64,000 bases of DNA from Thermoproteota archaeon (GTDB lineage Archaea > Asgardarchaeota > Jordiarchaeia > Jordiarchaeales > Freyrarchaeaceae): the NCBI GenBank assembly GCA_029258835.1, contig JAPDJY010000035.1, positions 32,001 to 96,000 on the forward strand, given 5' to 3'. The stretch's first letter is position 1, and each line of letters opens with the position of its first letter. The position numbers and the translations under genes are program-made. Below are positions 29,492 to 38,827 of the stretch, in pieces. The notes under the pieces are model-generated. The model saw only the letters and a program-made list of their open reading frames with translations. It was not told the DNA's origin and did not search any database.

Positions 29492-29951
29492 ACTGGTGGA
29501 AAGATTGCATAGAGGAAGCGTGAAGGATGTAATAAGCGTTGAAGTTGAGGTTTTTGCGCATTCAACGGAGGACCCGGGTAAGGTTTTAGAGGCAATGCAA
29601 TTTTTCCTGCCTGAAGAAGTTAAGGTGAGGAAGGAGAAGGTTAGAGGACATCATGGCAATGAAGTGTTAATTTACAGGGTTCGGCTTTTGAGGAATGAAG
29701 CTGGCAAGGTATTACGCCATATCGCAGCTAAGATGAGAGAAGAGGACAGGAGGCGGCTAGCAAAGCAGTTCTATTTAAGGGTGGATGGGAGAGGAAACCT
29801 GTACTTACGCTTTGACAAGCAGAAAGCATTTTTAAAAAAGGCTATTCTAAGCTCCGATGAGGACGTGGTGAAGGTTAAGGTGAAGTTTCCAACGAATAAG
29901 CCTGAGGAGATATATGAAATATGCAGGGATGTGGGACTCGTCCAGGAGTGA
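29484..29951 (+). CDS. Exosome-associated RNA-binding protein (DUF54-like)
   Basis: [22 protein letters not shown]; conserved position after rpl15e. Confidence 0.85.
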   Translation: MSRLVERLHRGSVKDVISVEVEVFAHSTEDPGKVLEAMQFFLPEEVKVRKEKVRGHHGNEVLIYRVRLLRNEAGKVLRHIAAKMREEDRRRLAKQFYLRVDGRGNLYLRFDKQKAFLKKAILSSDEDVVKVKVKFPTNKPEEIYEICRDVGLVQE

Positions 29952-30613
29952 AATACGTTGAGACGTTTATCTGTTCAACCTTGGCTGGGGGAGAAATGTT
30001 ACCGGAGGAGGCTGCTGATGCTGCGTGGACGCTCGGGTACAATGCGGTCTTCGTAGCCACTCGAGAAGATGTGAGGTGTTTAAAGGGGATCAACAGTAAA
30101 TGTAAGGTTTTCCTTAGGTTTAATCTTAAAGGAGGAAACCTTGAAGAGATGAGGCGTTGCTTAGGAAGGATCAGAGGAAAAGTGGACGTTGTGGCTGCGC
30201 CATGCCTAAGCAGAGAGATAGGGTCTTGGGCTGCTAGGAACCCAGACGTTGACATACTATACTTTCCAGACGTGAACTTTTACAGAATACTAGATGGAAC
30301 ATTAGTGAGGCTTGCTTACGAGGGAAGAACCATCTTGGAGTTGTCACTAAGGCCTCTTTTTAAACTTAAGGGAGGTAAGCGCGTCCGTGCGATGACCATG
30401 TTAAGGAGGGCTGCAGGAGTCTTGGTGGATAAGTCAGCTCCCTTCGCTATTACATGTGAGCCGAGGGGAAGGTATGAGCTAAAGGCTCCCAGAGGATTAA
30501 TCGCCATTGCACGCCTACTTGGAATACCACCAGAAATATCGGTTAAAGCGATTTCTACGTATCCATTCTTAGTTTTGGAGTGGCGCGGATACGAGGGAGT
30601 ATGGAAAATGTGA
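29948..30613 (+). CDS. rnp3: RNase P protein subunit Rpp30
   Basis: A.N..VDIL, LVRLA..LE, ELKAPR.L..IA..LG pattern; conserved operon context. Confidence 0.8.
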   Translation: MKYVETFICSTLAGGEMLPEEAADAAWTLGYNAVFVATREDVRCLKGINSKCKVFLRFNLKGGNLEEMRRCLGRIRGKVDVVAAPCLSREIGSWAARNPDVDILYFPDVNFYRILDGTLVRLAYEGRTILELSLRPLFKLKGGKRVRAMTMLRRAAGVLVDKSAPFAITCEPRGRYELKAPRGLIAIARLLGIPPEISVKAISTYPFLVLEWRGYEGVWKM

Positions 30614-30649
30614 ATGTGAAAGAGCGGAGTTGCTGGGCGGTGGTCGGAA

Positions 30650-30973
30650 GTGGGTAGGGTGAGGCGACGGTACGTTGTTTTTAACGTAGTAAGCGACAGC
30701 ATGCTCAACGAAAAAGAAGTAGTACGCGAGATCTGGGGCGAGTTACTCGCTCTCTTTGGGGAGGTGGGCGTTAGCTACATGGAACTACACGTTATAGAGT
30801 ATGATGGGCAGCGAGGGAGAGGGATCCTACGCTGTACCCATAAGACTGTGATGGACGTCTGTGCAGGGGTAACATTAATATCGGAGATTGAGGGGAAGCC
30901 TGCTGCAGTTAACGTTTTAGGCGTCTCTGGAAGTCTTAGGAAGGCGAGGGAAATCATGATGCGGAAACGCTAG
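30650..30973 (+). CDS. rnp2: RNase P protein subunit Pop5/Rpp14
   Basis: RRRYVVF, LFGEVG, GILRC, VLGVSGSLRKA. Confidence 0.9.
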   Translation: MGRVRRRYVVFNVVSDSMLNEKEVVREIWGELLALFGEVGVSYMELHVIEYDGQRGRGILRCTHKTVMDVCAGVTLISEIEGKPAAVNVLGVSGSLRKAREIMMRKR

Positions 30974-31118
30974 GAAATTTAGATACGTTAAGACGAGGAG
31001 GGAAGCGCCGAACATGGTTTGCACGTCATGAAAGATTTGAAGCCACCATTAGGAAGGTTCCTTCCAGAGAACGTCTAACAAGCGATATTAATTAAAGGGA
31101 GGTTCCCCCTCTTATAAA

Positions 31119-31184
31119 GGGGGATGATGGCGCCGTCCCAGTCTGAGTTAGAGGGATGATGAGCTCGTGACGACCTGACCCGCC
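31119..31184 (+). ncRNA. Box C/D guide sRNA; D' guide complementary to the 23S P-loop, predicted target G2251
   Basis: GGG ATGATGG CGCCGTCCCAGT CTGA GTTAGAGGG ATGATGA GCTCGTGACGAC CTGA CCC; AT-rich TATA-like element about 25 nt upstream. Confidence 0.82.
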
Positions 31185-31195
31185 ATGGAGGAGAA

Positions 31196-31834
31196 ATGAT
31201 GACGCAGGGACGGATGGAATCTATAAGGATTTTAGAGGCGAGGCTGGAGAAGCAGGGAGAAGAGATTGAGAAGCAGAAACGCATCATAGAAGAGCTTAGG
31301 GGTGAGGTGAGTGAGTGGAGAAACAGGTATGAAGCGGTTAAGGAGAAATGTGAAAGAGAAATTAAAGAGCTTAAAAAAGTTATAGAACAGATGGATAACA
31401 TTGTTAAAGAGAAGGAAGAGTTGAAGAGGCAAATCGGAGAGAAAGATTTGGAGATTAAAAGGATTAAAGAAGAGAAGAACCTTGCTGAAAAAAGTTTAAC
31501 GATAGAAGTCGAAAGGTTAAGAGGGGAGGTTAAAGCCAGGGAGGAGGAGAACGGTAAGCTTAAGGATAGGATAGCCTTACTAGAAGAGAAAATAGTCGAG
31601 TTACGTGAGGAAAAAGAAAGAACGGAACGATGGTTGCTGAGCATTGAAAAACTAATCGAGGACGACATAAACTATAGACCATACTTTATCTTGAAAAACA
31701 TGAAAAGCTGTAAAATAGGCGATCTAGCTAAAGCGATGGGGATGTCTGAGGGGCAAGTTAGGGTTATTCTCTCACGGCTGGAAAGGAGGCAGGTAGTAAC
31801 TATTGAAGGAGATGAGGCAAAAATTAAGCTGTAA
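31196..31834 (+). CDS. Long coiled-coil protein with C-terminal winged helix
   Basis: About 155-aa E/K heptad run, then YRPYFIL....KIGDLAKAMGMSEGQVRVILSRLERRQVVTIEG. Confidence 0.8.
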   Translation: MMTQGRMESIRILEARLEKQGEEIEKQKRIIEELRGEVSEWRNRYEAVKEKCEREIKELKKVIEQMDNIVKEKEELKRQIGEKDLEIKRIKEEKNLAEKSLTIEVERLRGEVKAREEENGKLKDRIALLEEKIVELREEKERTERWLLSIEKLIEDDINYRPYFILKNMKSCKIGDLAKAMGMSEGQVRVILSRLERRQVVTIEGDEAKIKL

Positions 31835-31848
31835 AAGAGGAGGCTATG

Positions 31849-32337
31849 TTAGCGAAGCTTTTTCAGCGGCTTAGATTTTTTCTCTGAAAAATGCTTTTTT
31901 TCGGGAGAGGGAGCTGTAGGAGGAATTAGGAGAGAAAGTAAAGTGTCAAGTCTTGAGAGGGTTTCTGAGGTTCTTTCATGTAGCTCGCTTTGAATCGTCT
32001 TCAGCACTTCCGACATAATGGCTAGTACTTGCTGAAGGGTCTCCCACCTCTCAATCTCCATCTTTAGGAACGAATCAATTTTTCTTTCAAGTCTTTTAAC
32101 TGCTTCCATGGCGGCTTCTGAGGAGACAACGGTGTTAGCGATCACCTTCTGAACACTTTTCACTTCAGCCATCAACAAGTTTAACGACTCCGAAAGCGAA
32201 AGAGAGATTGCGTTTACATCTTCACTTAAGAGGTTTAGGCCATCCACTATCTTTTTTACACTTTCAACTGTTGGAACCTCACCAGCCGGGGTTTTTATTG
32301 CATCGATTTCTATTTCAACTCTTTTCCCCTGTGACAA
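31849..32337 (-). CDS. Hypothetical helical/coiled-coil protein
   Basis: 162-aa ORF with heptad pattern and basic tail. Confidence 0.65.
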   Translation of the reverse strand: MSQGKRVEIEIDAIKTPAGEVPTVESVKKIVDGLNLLSEDVNAISLSLSESLNLLMAEVKSVQKVIANTVVSSEAAMEAVKRLERKIDSFLKMEIERWETLQQVLAIMSEVLKTIQSELHERTSETLSRLDTLLSLLIPPTAPSPEKKHFSEKKSKPLKKLR

Positions 32338-32757
32338 AGAAAACAGCCATCCATCCTCTTTTCAACCAATAAACATTTACCTAAAACGGAAATTAAAAGG
32401 TTTCCTTAAAAACACTTACCACTGTTCATACCTTCGCTATCTTATTCGATCTAAAAACCACCTGATAAACATGAAGAATACAACTGCAATTTAAACATTA
32501 AGTAAGGATTCTCGTTCCCAAGTTCTCCATAAGGGGTTTAAAAAAGAGTTTAAAACGCCACCTAACAGGGCTACTCTTCAAAACCATGCAGGCTAAAGTG
32601 AATGATCCGATCAACCAATGTAACCTCTTGTTTAAGACGAACCGTCCTCCAGCCAGCCACATCATTAGAACAATTCAGCTGAAGGTTAACCGAGTAGATT
32701 ATTATACTATTTTTCCTTAGGTTTTTTAAGGCAGGATCCAATTTAGACGTTTAGAAC

Positions 32758-33303
32758 CTATAAAGGAAACCTTTCCAAGATTACTTCTAAGATCCTTTGT
32801 GCACATTCTTCAGGATGAAGTTTATCAGACTCTACAACCACATCAGGGTTCTTGGGCTCCTCAAACGGTACACCGATGCCTGGCACGGTCTGACTTTCCC
32901 CTGTTAGCCCTTTCTTGTAGATTTCCCTTGGTGCACCGTAAGTTTCCTTTCTAGTTGTTTCTCTCTCCATGCACACTTCTAGGGGGCATTTGACGTAGGC
33001 AAACAGGAGGTTTTTAATTTCTTTTCTACCACGCTCCCTGTAAGCTTCCCTGTTAGCCGTGGCATCTATTATAACGTTAACACCGTTATCGTTGAGAAGT
33101 TTTGCGATGAACACCAGAACGCCATAGACTATCTCACGCTCCTCCTCCGAGTACGTTGGGTTTGGAGTGACAACCTTCCTAAGGATATCCGTTGAAAGCA
33201 CCTGCACGTTAATACCTCTCTCCCTTAACATGGATTGAAGCGCCCTAGCGATGGTACTCTTACCCGAGCCCGGTAAACCCAGTATCCAAACGGACCATGC
33301 CAA
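32758..33303 (-). CDS. Adenylyl-sulfate-kinase-like P-loop kinase
   Basis: WILGLPGSGKST, Y+EEER, IIDAT, KCPLEVC, VPG..VPFEEP..P. Confidence 0.85.
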   Translation of the reverse strand: MAWSVWILGLPGSGKSTIARALQSMLRERGINVQVLSTDILRKVVTPNPTYSEEEREIVYGVLVFIAKLLNDNGVNVIIDATANREAYRERGRKEIKNLLFAYVKCPLEVCMERETTRKETYGAPREIYKKGLTGESQTVPGIGVPFEEPKNPDVVVESDKLHPEECAQRILEVILERFPL

Positions 33304-33436
33304 GCATTTAATCCTCCATCATCTTTTAAGGCGGCGAGGAAACAAGACAAAAACTAAGTTAAAACTTTAATATTAAAAAGCTAACGTTCATAGAAGAAAG
33401 TGCGGGTTTAAAGTAGAAGCAACAGGAGGAAACGGC

Positions 33437-34327
33437 TTGAGCCTTGTTATTATAGGTGGGTCGTCGGCGCAAGCATTAGCCTTTAAAGTGGCTAAGGAGC
33501 TTAACGCACCCTTCATAGACTGTGAATACAAAAAGTTTCCTGATGGAGAAAAGTACATTCGAGTCGAGGAGGATGTTGAGGGGAAAAAGGTGGCACTCGT
33601 ACAGTCAATGTATTTAACCCCTGACGAGTACCTCCTAGAATATTTCCTCCTAGTAGACAATTTAAAGGACATGGGAGCAAGGGAGATCATAGGAGTAATA
33701 CCCTACTTCGCATATGCTAGACAAGATGCCCGATTTAAGCCAGGAGAAGCCTTAAGCCTCAAAACAATCGTAAACCTCATCGAAAAAACCGGAACAGACA
33801 AAGTTTTCACCGTAGATATGCACCTTCACCGCGTCGAAGACGTAAACAGGCTATTCAAAATCCCCGCTAAAAATTTAACAGCCATACCCCTACTAGGCGA
33901 ATACGTTAAAAAAGAATTCATCCTCCACGACACACTAGTAATAGGACCAGACGAGGAAGCCGAGCAATGGGCTAAAACCATGGCCGAAACACTTGGCACG
34001 GAATACGACATCCTCGAAAAAAAGAGGCTTAGCGCGACCGAAGTGGAGATAGCCCCCAGAGAACTCGACGTTAAAACCAGAGACTTGGTCATAGTTGACG
34101 ACATAATCTCCACAGGAGGGACATTAGCAAAAACCGTAGAGGTACTTAAAAAGAAAGGAGCAAAAAAAATAGTTGCAACATGCACCCATCCAGTACTTGT
34201 TGAAAACGCACTAAAAAGAATCTATAAAGCGGGAGGAGACGCCGTAATCGGTACAGACACCATACCTAGCCCAGTAAGCTACGTGTCCGTAGCACCCCTC
34301 ATAGCCGAAGCACTCAGAAAACTCTAG
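33437..34327 (+). CDS. prs: Ribose-phosphate pyrophosphokinase
   Basis: FPDGE.Y, PYFAYARQD, VDMH, IVDDIISTGGT, CTHP. Confidence 0.95.
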   Translation: MSLVIIGGSSAQALAFKVAKELNAPFIDCEYKKFPDGEKYIRVEEDVEGKKVALVQSMYLTPDEYLLEYFLLVDNLKDMGAREIIGVIPYFAYARQDARFKPGEALSLKTIVNLIEKTGTDKVFTVDMHLHRVEDVNRLFKIPAKNLTAIPLLGEYVKKEFILHDTLVIGPDEEAEQWAKTMAETLGTEYDILEKKRLSATEVEIAPRELDVKTRDLVIVDDIISTGGTLAKTVEVLKKKGAKKIVATCTHPVLVENALKRIYKAGGDAVIGTDTIPSPVSYVSVAPLIAEALRKL

Positions 34328-34333
34328 GTGAGC

Positions 34334-36988
34334 CTACTTAACACTACGGCGAAGCAGAAACTTATCAATAATAGCGTCAATATTCACCGCCTTCCCGTGG
34401 TCACTCTTAGCAGGATCAACTCCGTCTTCCCCATACCTAAACTGGATGATTTCCCCAGACGGCGTCCTCACAGTTCCATCATACTCCACCTTCACATCCT
34501 GAAGCGCATTTATCAACCTCCTCTGCATATACCCGCTTGTACTGGTCCTCACAGCAGTATCCACCAGCCCTTCCCTGCCACCCATAGCATGAAAGAAAAA
34601 CTCTATCGGGTCCAACCCCTTCCGGTAACTGGAAGCCACAAACCCCCTCGACTTAGCGCTCAAGTCACCCTTCTTAAAGTGTGGGAGAGTCCTCCCCCTA
34701 TAACCTCTATGTATACGCTCACCCCTAACAGACTGCTGCCCTATGCAGGCAGCCATCATCGCAAGATTTAAGGGGTTACCCCTAGCCCCAGTCAAAGCCA
34801 TAATCACAGCATGATTATCCGAACCCAAATACTCACTTGCAACCTCGCCAGCCTTATCCCTCACATTAGCAAGCTCACGCATAATCAACATTTCAAGGCT
34901 TTCCTCAATGGTCCTCCCCGGCAACGCCTCCAATTCACCCCGCCTATACGTCTCAATCAACTCATTAACCTTACGCTCCCCCTCCTCCAAGATCTCTTTT
35001 ATCCGGTAAGTTGCCTCCTTAGGTATCTCCACGTCGTTAAGTCCCAACGTGAAACCTTTCTTCGTAATAAAACGAATCAGCATACGTGTCACCGAATCCA
35101 AAAACTCCCTCGCCGCATCAGTCCCAAACTCCTTCACAATCTTATGAAGCAAACTCTCCGGGACGCCAGCCCCAAAAGCAGCTTTATCAATCACACCCTT
35201 AATAAGAACGCCGTCGACAACTACCACATACGCATCATAGGGACACTCTTCCCCCAAGCAAGTATCACACTGCTTACACGCCTTAGACTTAAACCTTGCA
35301 TTAAGGCCCTTCGGCAAAGTCAAACTGAAGATCTGCTTACCCGTCCAGAGCTCCTCAGGCTCACTCACCGTTGGAGGAGGAAGGGAAGTTATACCTGCTG
35401 CAAGCGCCAGCTCACACGCCTCCTCCTTACTGAGGAGGGTTTGCTCTCTGGTTAAAAGATAGGCGGCAGAAATGAAGTCTTGAATCCCCCCTATAATTGG
35501 ACCACCATATCTAGGACTTAAAATATGCTCCTGAACCTTCATTAAAATATGAGCTTCAACACGCGCCTCCTCTGACTGGGGAACATGAAGATTCATCTCG
35601 TCACCATCAAAATCTGCGTTGTATGGTGGGCAAACGCAGAGGTTAAGTCTAAATGTTTTGTATGGCATTACCCGGACTTGGTGAGCCATGATGCTCATTC
35701 TGTGTAGGGAGGGTTGCCTGTTAAATAGGACTATGTCGCCGTCGTTTAGGTGGCGTTCGACTATGCTGCCTATTTCTATGGTTTCGGCTATTTTGCTCCT
35801 GTTTTTTACGAAACGTAGGTCAATGCGTCTGCCATCTGCTCGGATAATGTAGTTAGCTCCTGGGTGTTCGTCGGGTCCTCGCATTACCAGCTCTTTCATG
35901 TCTTCGATGTTTAGTTCTGTTACGCGTTCGGGTATTGTTAGGATCTTTGCGACTTCGATGGGGACGCCTACCTCGTTTATTCCGAGATTTGGGTCTGGAG
36001 ATATGACTGTTCTGGCTGAGAAGTCGACGCGTTTGCCTGAAAGGTTGCTTCTGAACCGTCCTTCTTTGCCTTTTAGTCTTTGGGTTAGTGTTCTTAGTGC
36101 TCGTCCTGAGCGGTGTCGGGCTGGTGGGATCCCTGAAATTTCATTGTCAAAGTATGTTGTTACGTGGTATTGAAGTAGTTCCCAAAGGTCTTCTACGATT
36201 AGTTGGGGGGCTCCTGCTTCTATGTTTTCTCTCAGCCGCTGATTGATCCTAATTATGTCGACGAGTTTATGTGTTAGGTCGTCTTCCGATCGGACGCCTG
36301 ATTCGAGTGTGATGCTTGGTCTAACGCATACGGGTGGGACTGGAAGGACTGTGAGGACCATCCATTCTGGGCGGGCGAAGGAGGGATTTATGCCTAGTAG
36401 TTTGCAGTCGTTGTCTGGTACGCGTTCGCATCGTTCCCTTACGTCGCTTGGGGTGAGCCTGATTGAGCCTATTTCTGTTTCTTCGTAGAATGTGGTTGGC
36501 TTTTCCAGCCTTATTTTGCGTTGGATTTCTCCGCAGTGGGGGCATGTTGATGTTCTGGATGCCCGCCGGAATACTTCTTCGGCTATTTCATCGCTCAGCC
36601 TTCCTGTTTCTTGCTCGTAGCGTTCCATTTCTGCTAGGAAGAATTCTATTTCGTCTTCAGGTAGTAGAAGGCGGGAGCAACGTCTGCAGGTGGCTCTTAA
36701 GACTTTATGGAGGACTTTGACGAAGCCTACGTGGATGACTGGACGGACGAGTTCTATATGTCCGAAGTGGCCTATGCATTCGCCGACTGGGTTGCCGCAT
36801 AGTTTGCATCGTCGTCCGGGTTCTACCGTGCCTAGACGCTCGTCCATGAGGCCTGTTTCGATCGGGGTGCCGTCTTCATCGTAGGTGTCGGGGGTGATTA
36901 TCCGCGTAGCGGACATGCGTCTTATTTCGTCTGGAGAGAGGACGCTGAATCTTATTGAACTGATTCTCTTAACAAACCGGAACGCCAA
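34334..36988 (-). CDS. rpoA1: DNA-directed RNA polymerase subunit A' (Rpo1N)
   Basis: GHFGHIEL, GKRVDFSARTV, NRQPSLH, YNADFDGDEMN, TAVRT.TSGY.QRRL. Confidence 0.98.
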   Translation of the reverse strand: MAFRFVKRISSIRFSVLSPDEIRRMSATRIITPDTYDEDGTPIETGLMDERLGTVEPGRRCKLCGNPVGECIGHFGHIELVRPVIHVGFVKVLHKVLRATCRRCSRLLLPEDEIEFFLAEMERYEQETGRLSDEIAEEVFRRASRTSTCPHCGEIQRKIRLEKPTTFYEETEIGSIRLTPSDVRERCERVPDNDCKLLGINPSFARPEWMVLTVLPVPPVCVRPSITLESGVRSEDDLTHKLVDIIRINQRLRENIEAGAPQLIVEDLWELLQYHVTTYFDNEISGIPPARHRSGRALRTLTQRLKGKEGRFRSNLSGKRVDFSARTVISPDPNLGINEVGVPIEVAKILTIPERVTELNIEDMKELVMRGPDEHPGANYIIRADGRRIDLRFVKNRSKIAETIEIGSIVERHLNDGDIVLFNRQPSLHRMSIMAHQVRVMPYKTFRLNLCVCPPYNADFDGDEMNLHVPQSEEARVEAHILMKVQEHILSPRYGGPIIGGIQDFISAAYLLTREQTLLSKEEACELALAAGITSLPPPTVSEPEELWTGKQIFSLTLPKGLNARFKSKACKQCDTCLGEECPYDAYVVVVDGVLIKGVIDKAAFGAGVPESLLHKIVKEFGTDAAREFLDSVTRMLIRFITKKGFTLGLNDVEIPKEATYRIKEILEEGERKVNELIETYRRGELEALPGRTIEESLEMLIMRELANVRDKAGEVASEYLGSDNHAVIMALTGARGNPLNLAMMAACIGQQSVRGERIHRGYRGRTLPHFKKGDLSAKSRGFVASSYRKGLDPIEFFFHAMGGREGLVDTAVRTSTSGYMQRRLINALQDVKVEYDGTVRTPSGEIIQFRYGEDGVDPAKSDHGKAVNIDAIIDKFLLRRSVK

Positions 36989-37144
36989 CCTTGTACCCCC
37001 AAAATGGACAGAAGGAGGATTTCTTTTTCAATTACTACAAGTAGAGGTAATTTAAACTTTTCTTAACGGGAGGGTCTTCCTTATGTTGGTGCTTACATTG
37101 AGTTGGGTTTTTATGGTTGTTTTCGGCAGTTGGGTGGAGGAGGA

Positions 37145-38122
37145 TTAGGAGAGTTTGCTTTGAATTTTTTCGAGGGGGAGTACTTGCCTTGGTTCGTAGA
37201 CGACTATTCCTTGGGCTAGTTGCCGTAGATGTGGTATTATTTTTAGGAATTCGTCTTTGTGTATTACGGTGTTTAGGGCGTACCATCCTTCTTCCCCAGC
37301 GAGGGGGGATATGGTTGGCTTCTTCAGGGCTGGTAGGACTTTGAGTATTTTATCTAGGTTTTCGCCTTTTACGTTCATGAAGAGGTGTAGCCTTTCTCTT
37401 GCGTCGACAGCGCCTTCGATGAGAGTCATTACGTCTTTTATTTTTTCCTTTTTCCATGGGTGGGTTAGGGCGTCTTTGTTGGCTATTAGTACTGCTTGGG
37501 ATTGGCATATTTCTTCTATTACTTTTAGGTTATTGGATAGGAGGGTTGTTCCCGTTTCCGTGTTGTCGATTATGGCTTCGGCGTCCTCGGGCGGTTTGGC
37601 TTCGGTGGCTCCGAAGGACAGGATTATTTTCACGTTTGGGTTTTCTCCATACCTGTACCATGGAGTTATGACTTCGGGGAGCGTTCTATGGAAGCGTTTT
37701 TGGTATTCATGGTTTTCTAGTATGTGACGGAGTGTGATGTTTATATATTCTGTGGCAATTCGTATCGGTTTCCCTGCGTCTAAAAAGGATTTTATGAGGT
37801 CTGATAGGGAGTTTATTTGTGTCCAATGGCTTGGGACTGCTAGCACGATCTTAACTTTACCGTATGTGAGGTTTGATAGGACTTCCACGTCTGCTGATGT
37901 TTCTCTTACCCAGTCCAGTCCGGTTATTCCTATATCGTGGGCGCCCGCCTCAACGAGGTTTGGGATCTCTTGCGGTCTAAGTACTTTCAGGTTTATTTCG
38001 GGGTCGTTGATCCACGGCCGGTAGGAGCGCTCGCCTCCTTTTACTTCATAGCCAGCTTGCCTTAGGAGGCGTAACGTTGCCTCTTGCAGTGAACCTTTAG
38101 GGATTACGAAGTTTAGCTTCAA
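37145..38122 (-). CDS. hisG: ATP phosphoribosyltransferase (long form)
   Basis: PKGSL, RPQEIP..V..G..DIGITGLD, IATEY, SFGATE, ETGTTL..N.L, PTISPL. Confidence 0.93.
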   Translation of the reverse strand: MKLNFVIPKGSLQEATLRLLRQAGYEVKGGERSYRPWINDPEINLKVLRPQEIPNLVEAGAHDIGITGLDWVRETSADVEVLSNLTYGKVKIVLAVPSHWTQINSLSDLIKSFLDAGKPIRIATEYINITLRHILENHEYQKRFHRTLPEVITPWYRYGENPNVKIILSFGATEAKPPEDAEAIIDNTETGTTLLSNNLKVIEEICQSQAVLIANKDALTHPWKKEKIKDVMTLIEGAVDARERLHLFMNVKGENLDKILKVLPALKKPTISPLAGEEGWYALNTVIHKDEFLKIIPHLRQLAQGIVVYEPRQVLPLEKIQSKLS

Positions 38123-38219
38123 GGGGTTCACCTTTCCTAGGGCTTTCAAGGGGGGGGTAGCAACGATTAAAATTTAAATGTTTGTAAAGGATAGTATGAA
38201 GTAAACGGTTTGAGGTGTT

Positions 38220-38642
38220 GTGATGTCAAAGGATAAGCTTTCGGCTTTAACCGAGATCCTAGATAATATGAACAGGCGGGGTGGCTTTTCGGCGAGTGTG
38301 ATATCCGGAGATGATGGGCTCGTGGTGGCTGAAGCTAGTAGTGCAGAGAACAAGCAGGTGATAGCAGCGATGGCTAGCTTAGCCCATTCGACGGCGATGA
38401 GGGTTAAAGACCAGATTGGGCTAGGGGACTTGGAGCAGGTTACTATTGAAACAACGGATGGGATCATCATTTTTAAAAGCGTGGAGACGCCCAGGAAGAG
38501 GTTGATATTAGCGACGATTTTACCCGTGTCTGCTAAGCGTAGGCTGGTTGATGCTGCGTCTGTACTTTTCTTTAAGGATCGACGTTACGAGCGCATAGTT
38601 GATGATGCTGTTAAGGAAATTCAGAGTGTTTTTTCCGAGTAG
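38220..38642 (+). CDS. Roadblock/LC7 domain protein (divergent)
   Basis: GFSASVISGDDGLVVAE..IAAMASL....L.LGDLEQVTIE...G. Confidence 0.8.
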   Translation: MMSKDKLSALTEILDNMNRRGGFSASVISGDDGLVVAEASSAENKQVIAAMASLAHSTAMRVKDQIGLGDLEQVTIETTDGIIIFKSVETPRKRLILATILPVSAKRRLVDAASVLFFKDRRYERIVDDAVKEIQSVFSE

Positions 38643-38827
38643 AAGACTAAAGGTTTCCTTCCTTTTTTAGGAGGAAGCTTTGCGAGGAAAGTAAATGGGA
38701 GGGGAAGTGCGTTAAAGTGTAAAAGTGTAATAATGCGTCTCCAGTATGAGGGGCTTCCATGCCCTCGTTGTTAAATTTAGAATTTAAGGTGTTCGAAGTT
38801 GAAACATTTTAGATCTAGTTTTCGTTC

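Noticed and set aside
32338-32757. 420-bp intergenic region as a hidden gene or ncRNA
   Set aside because: No convincing ORF, boxes or stable structure found by eye
34328-35455. Long + strand ORFs (147 and 214 aa) opposite rpoA1
   Set aside because: Shadow ORFs favoured by the local C/A-rich composition; no protein-like motifs
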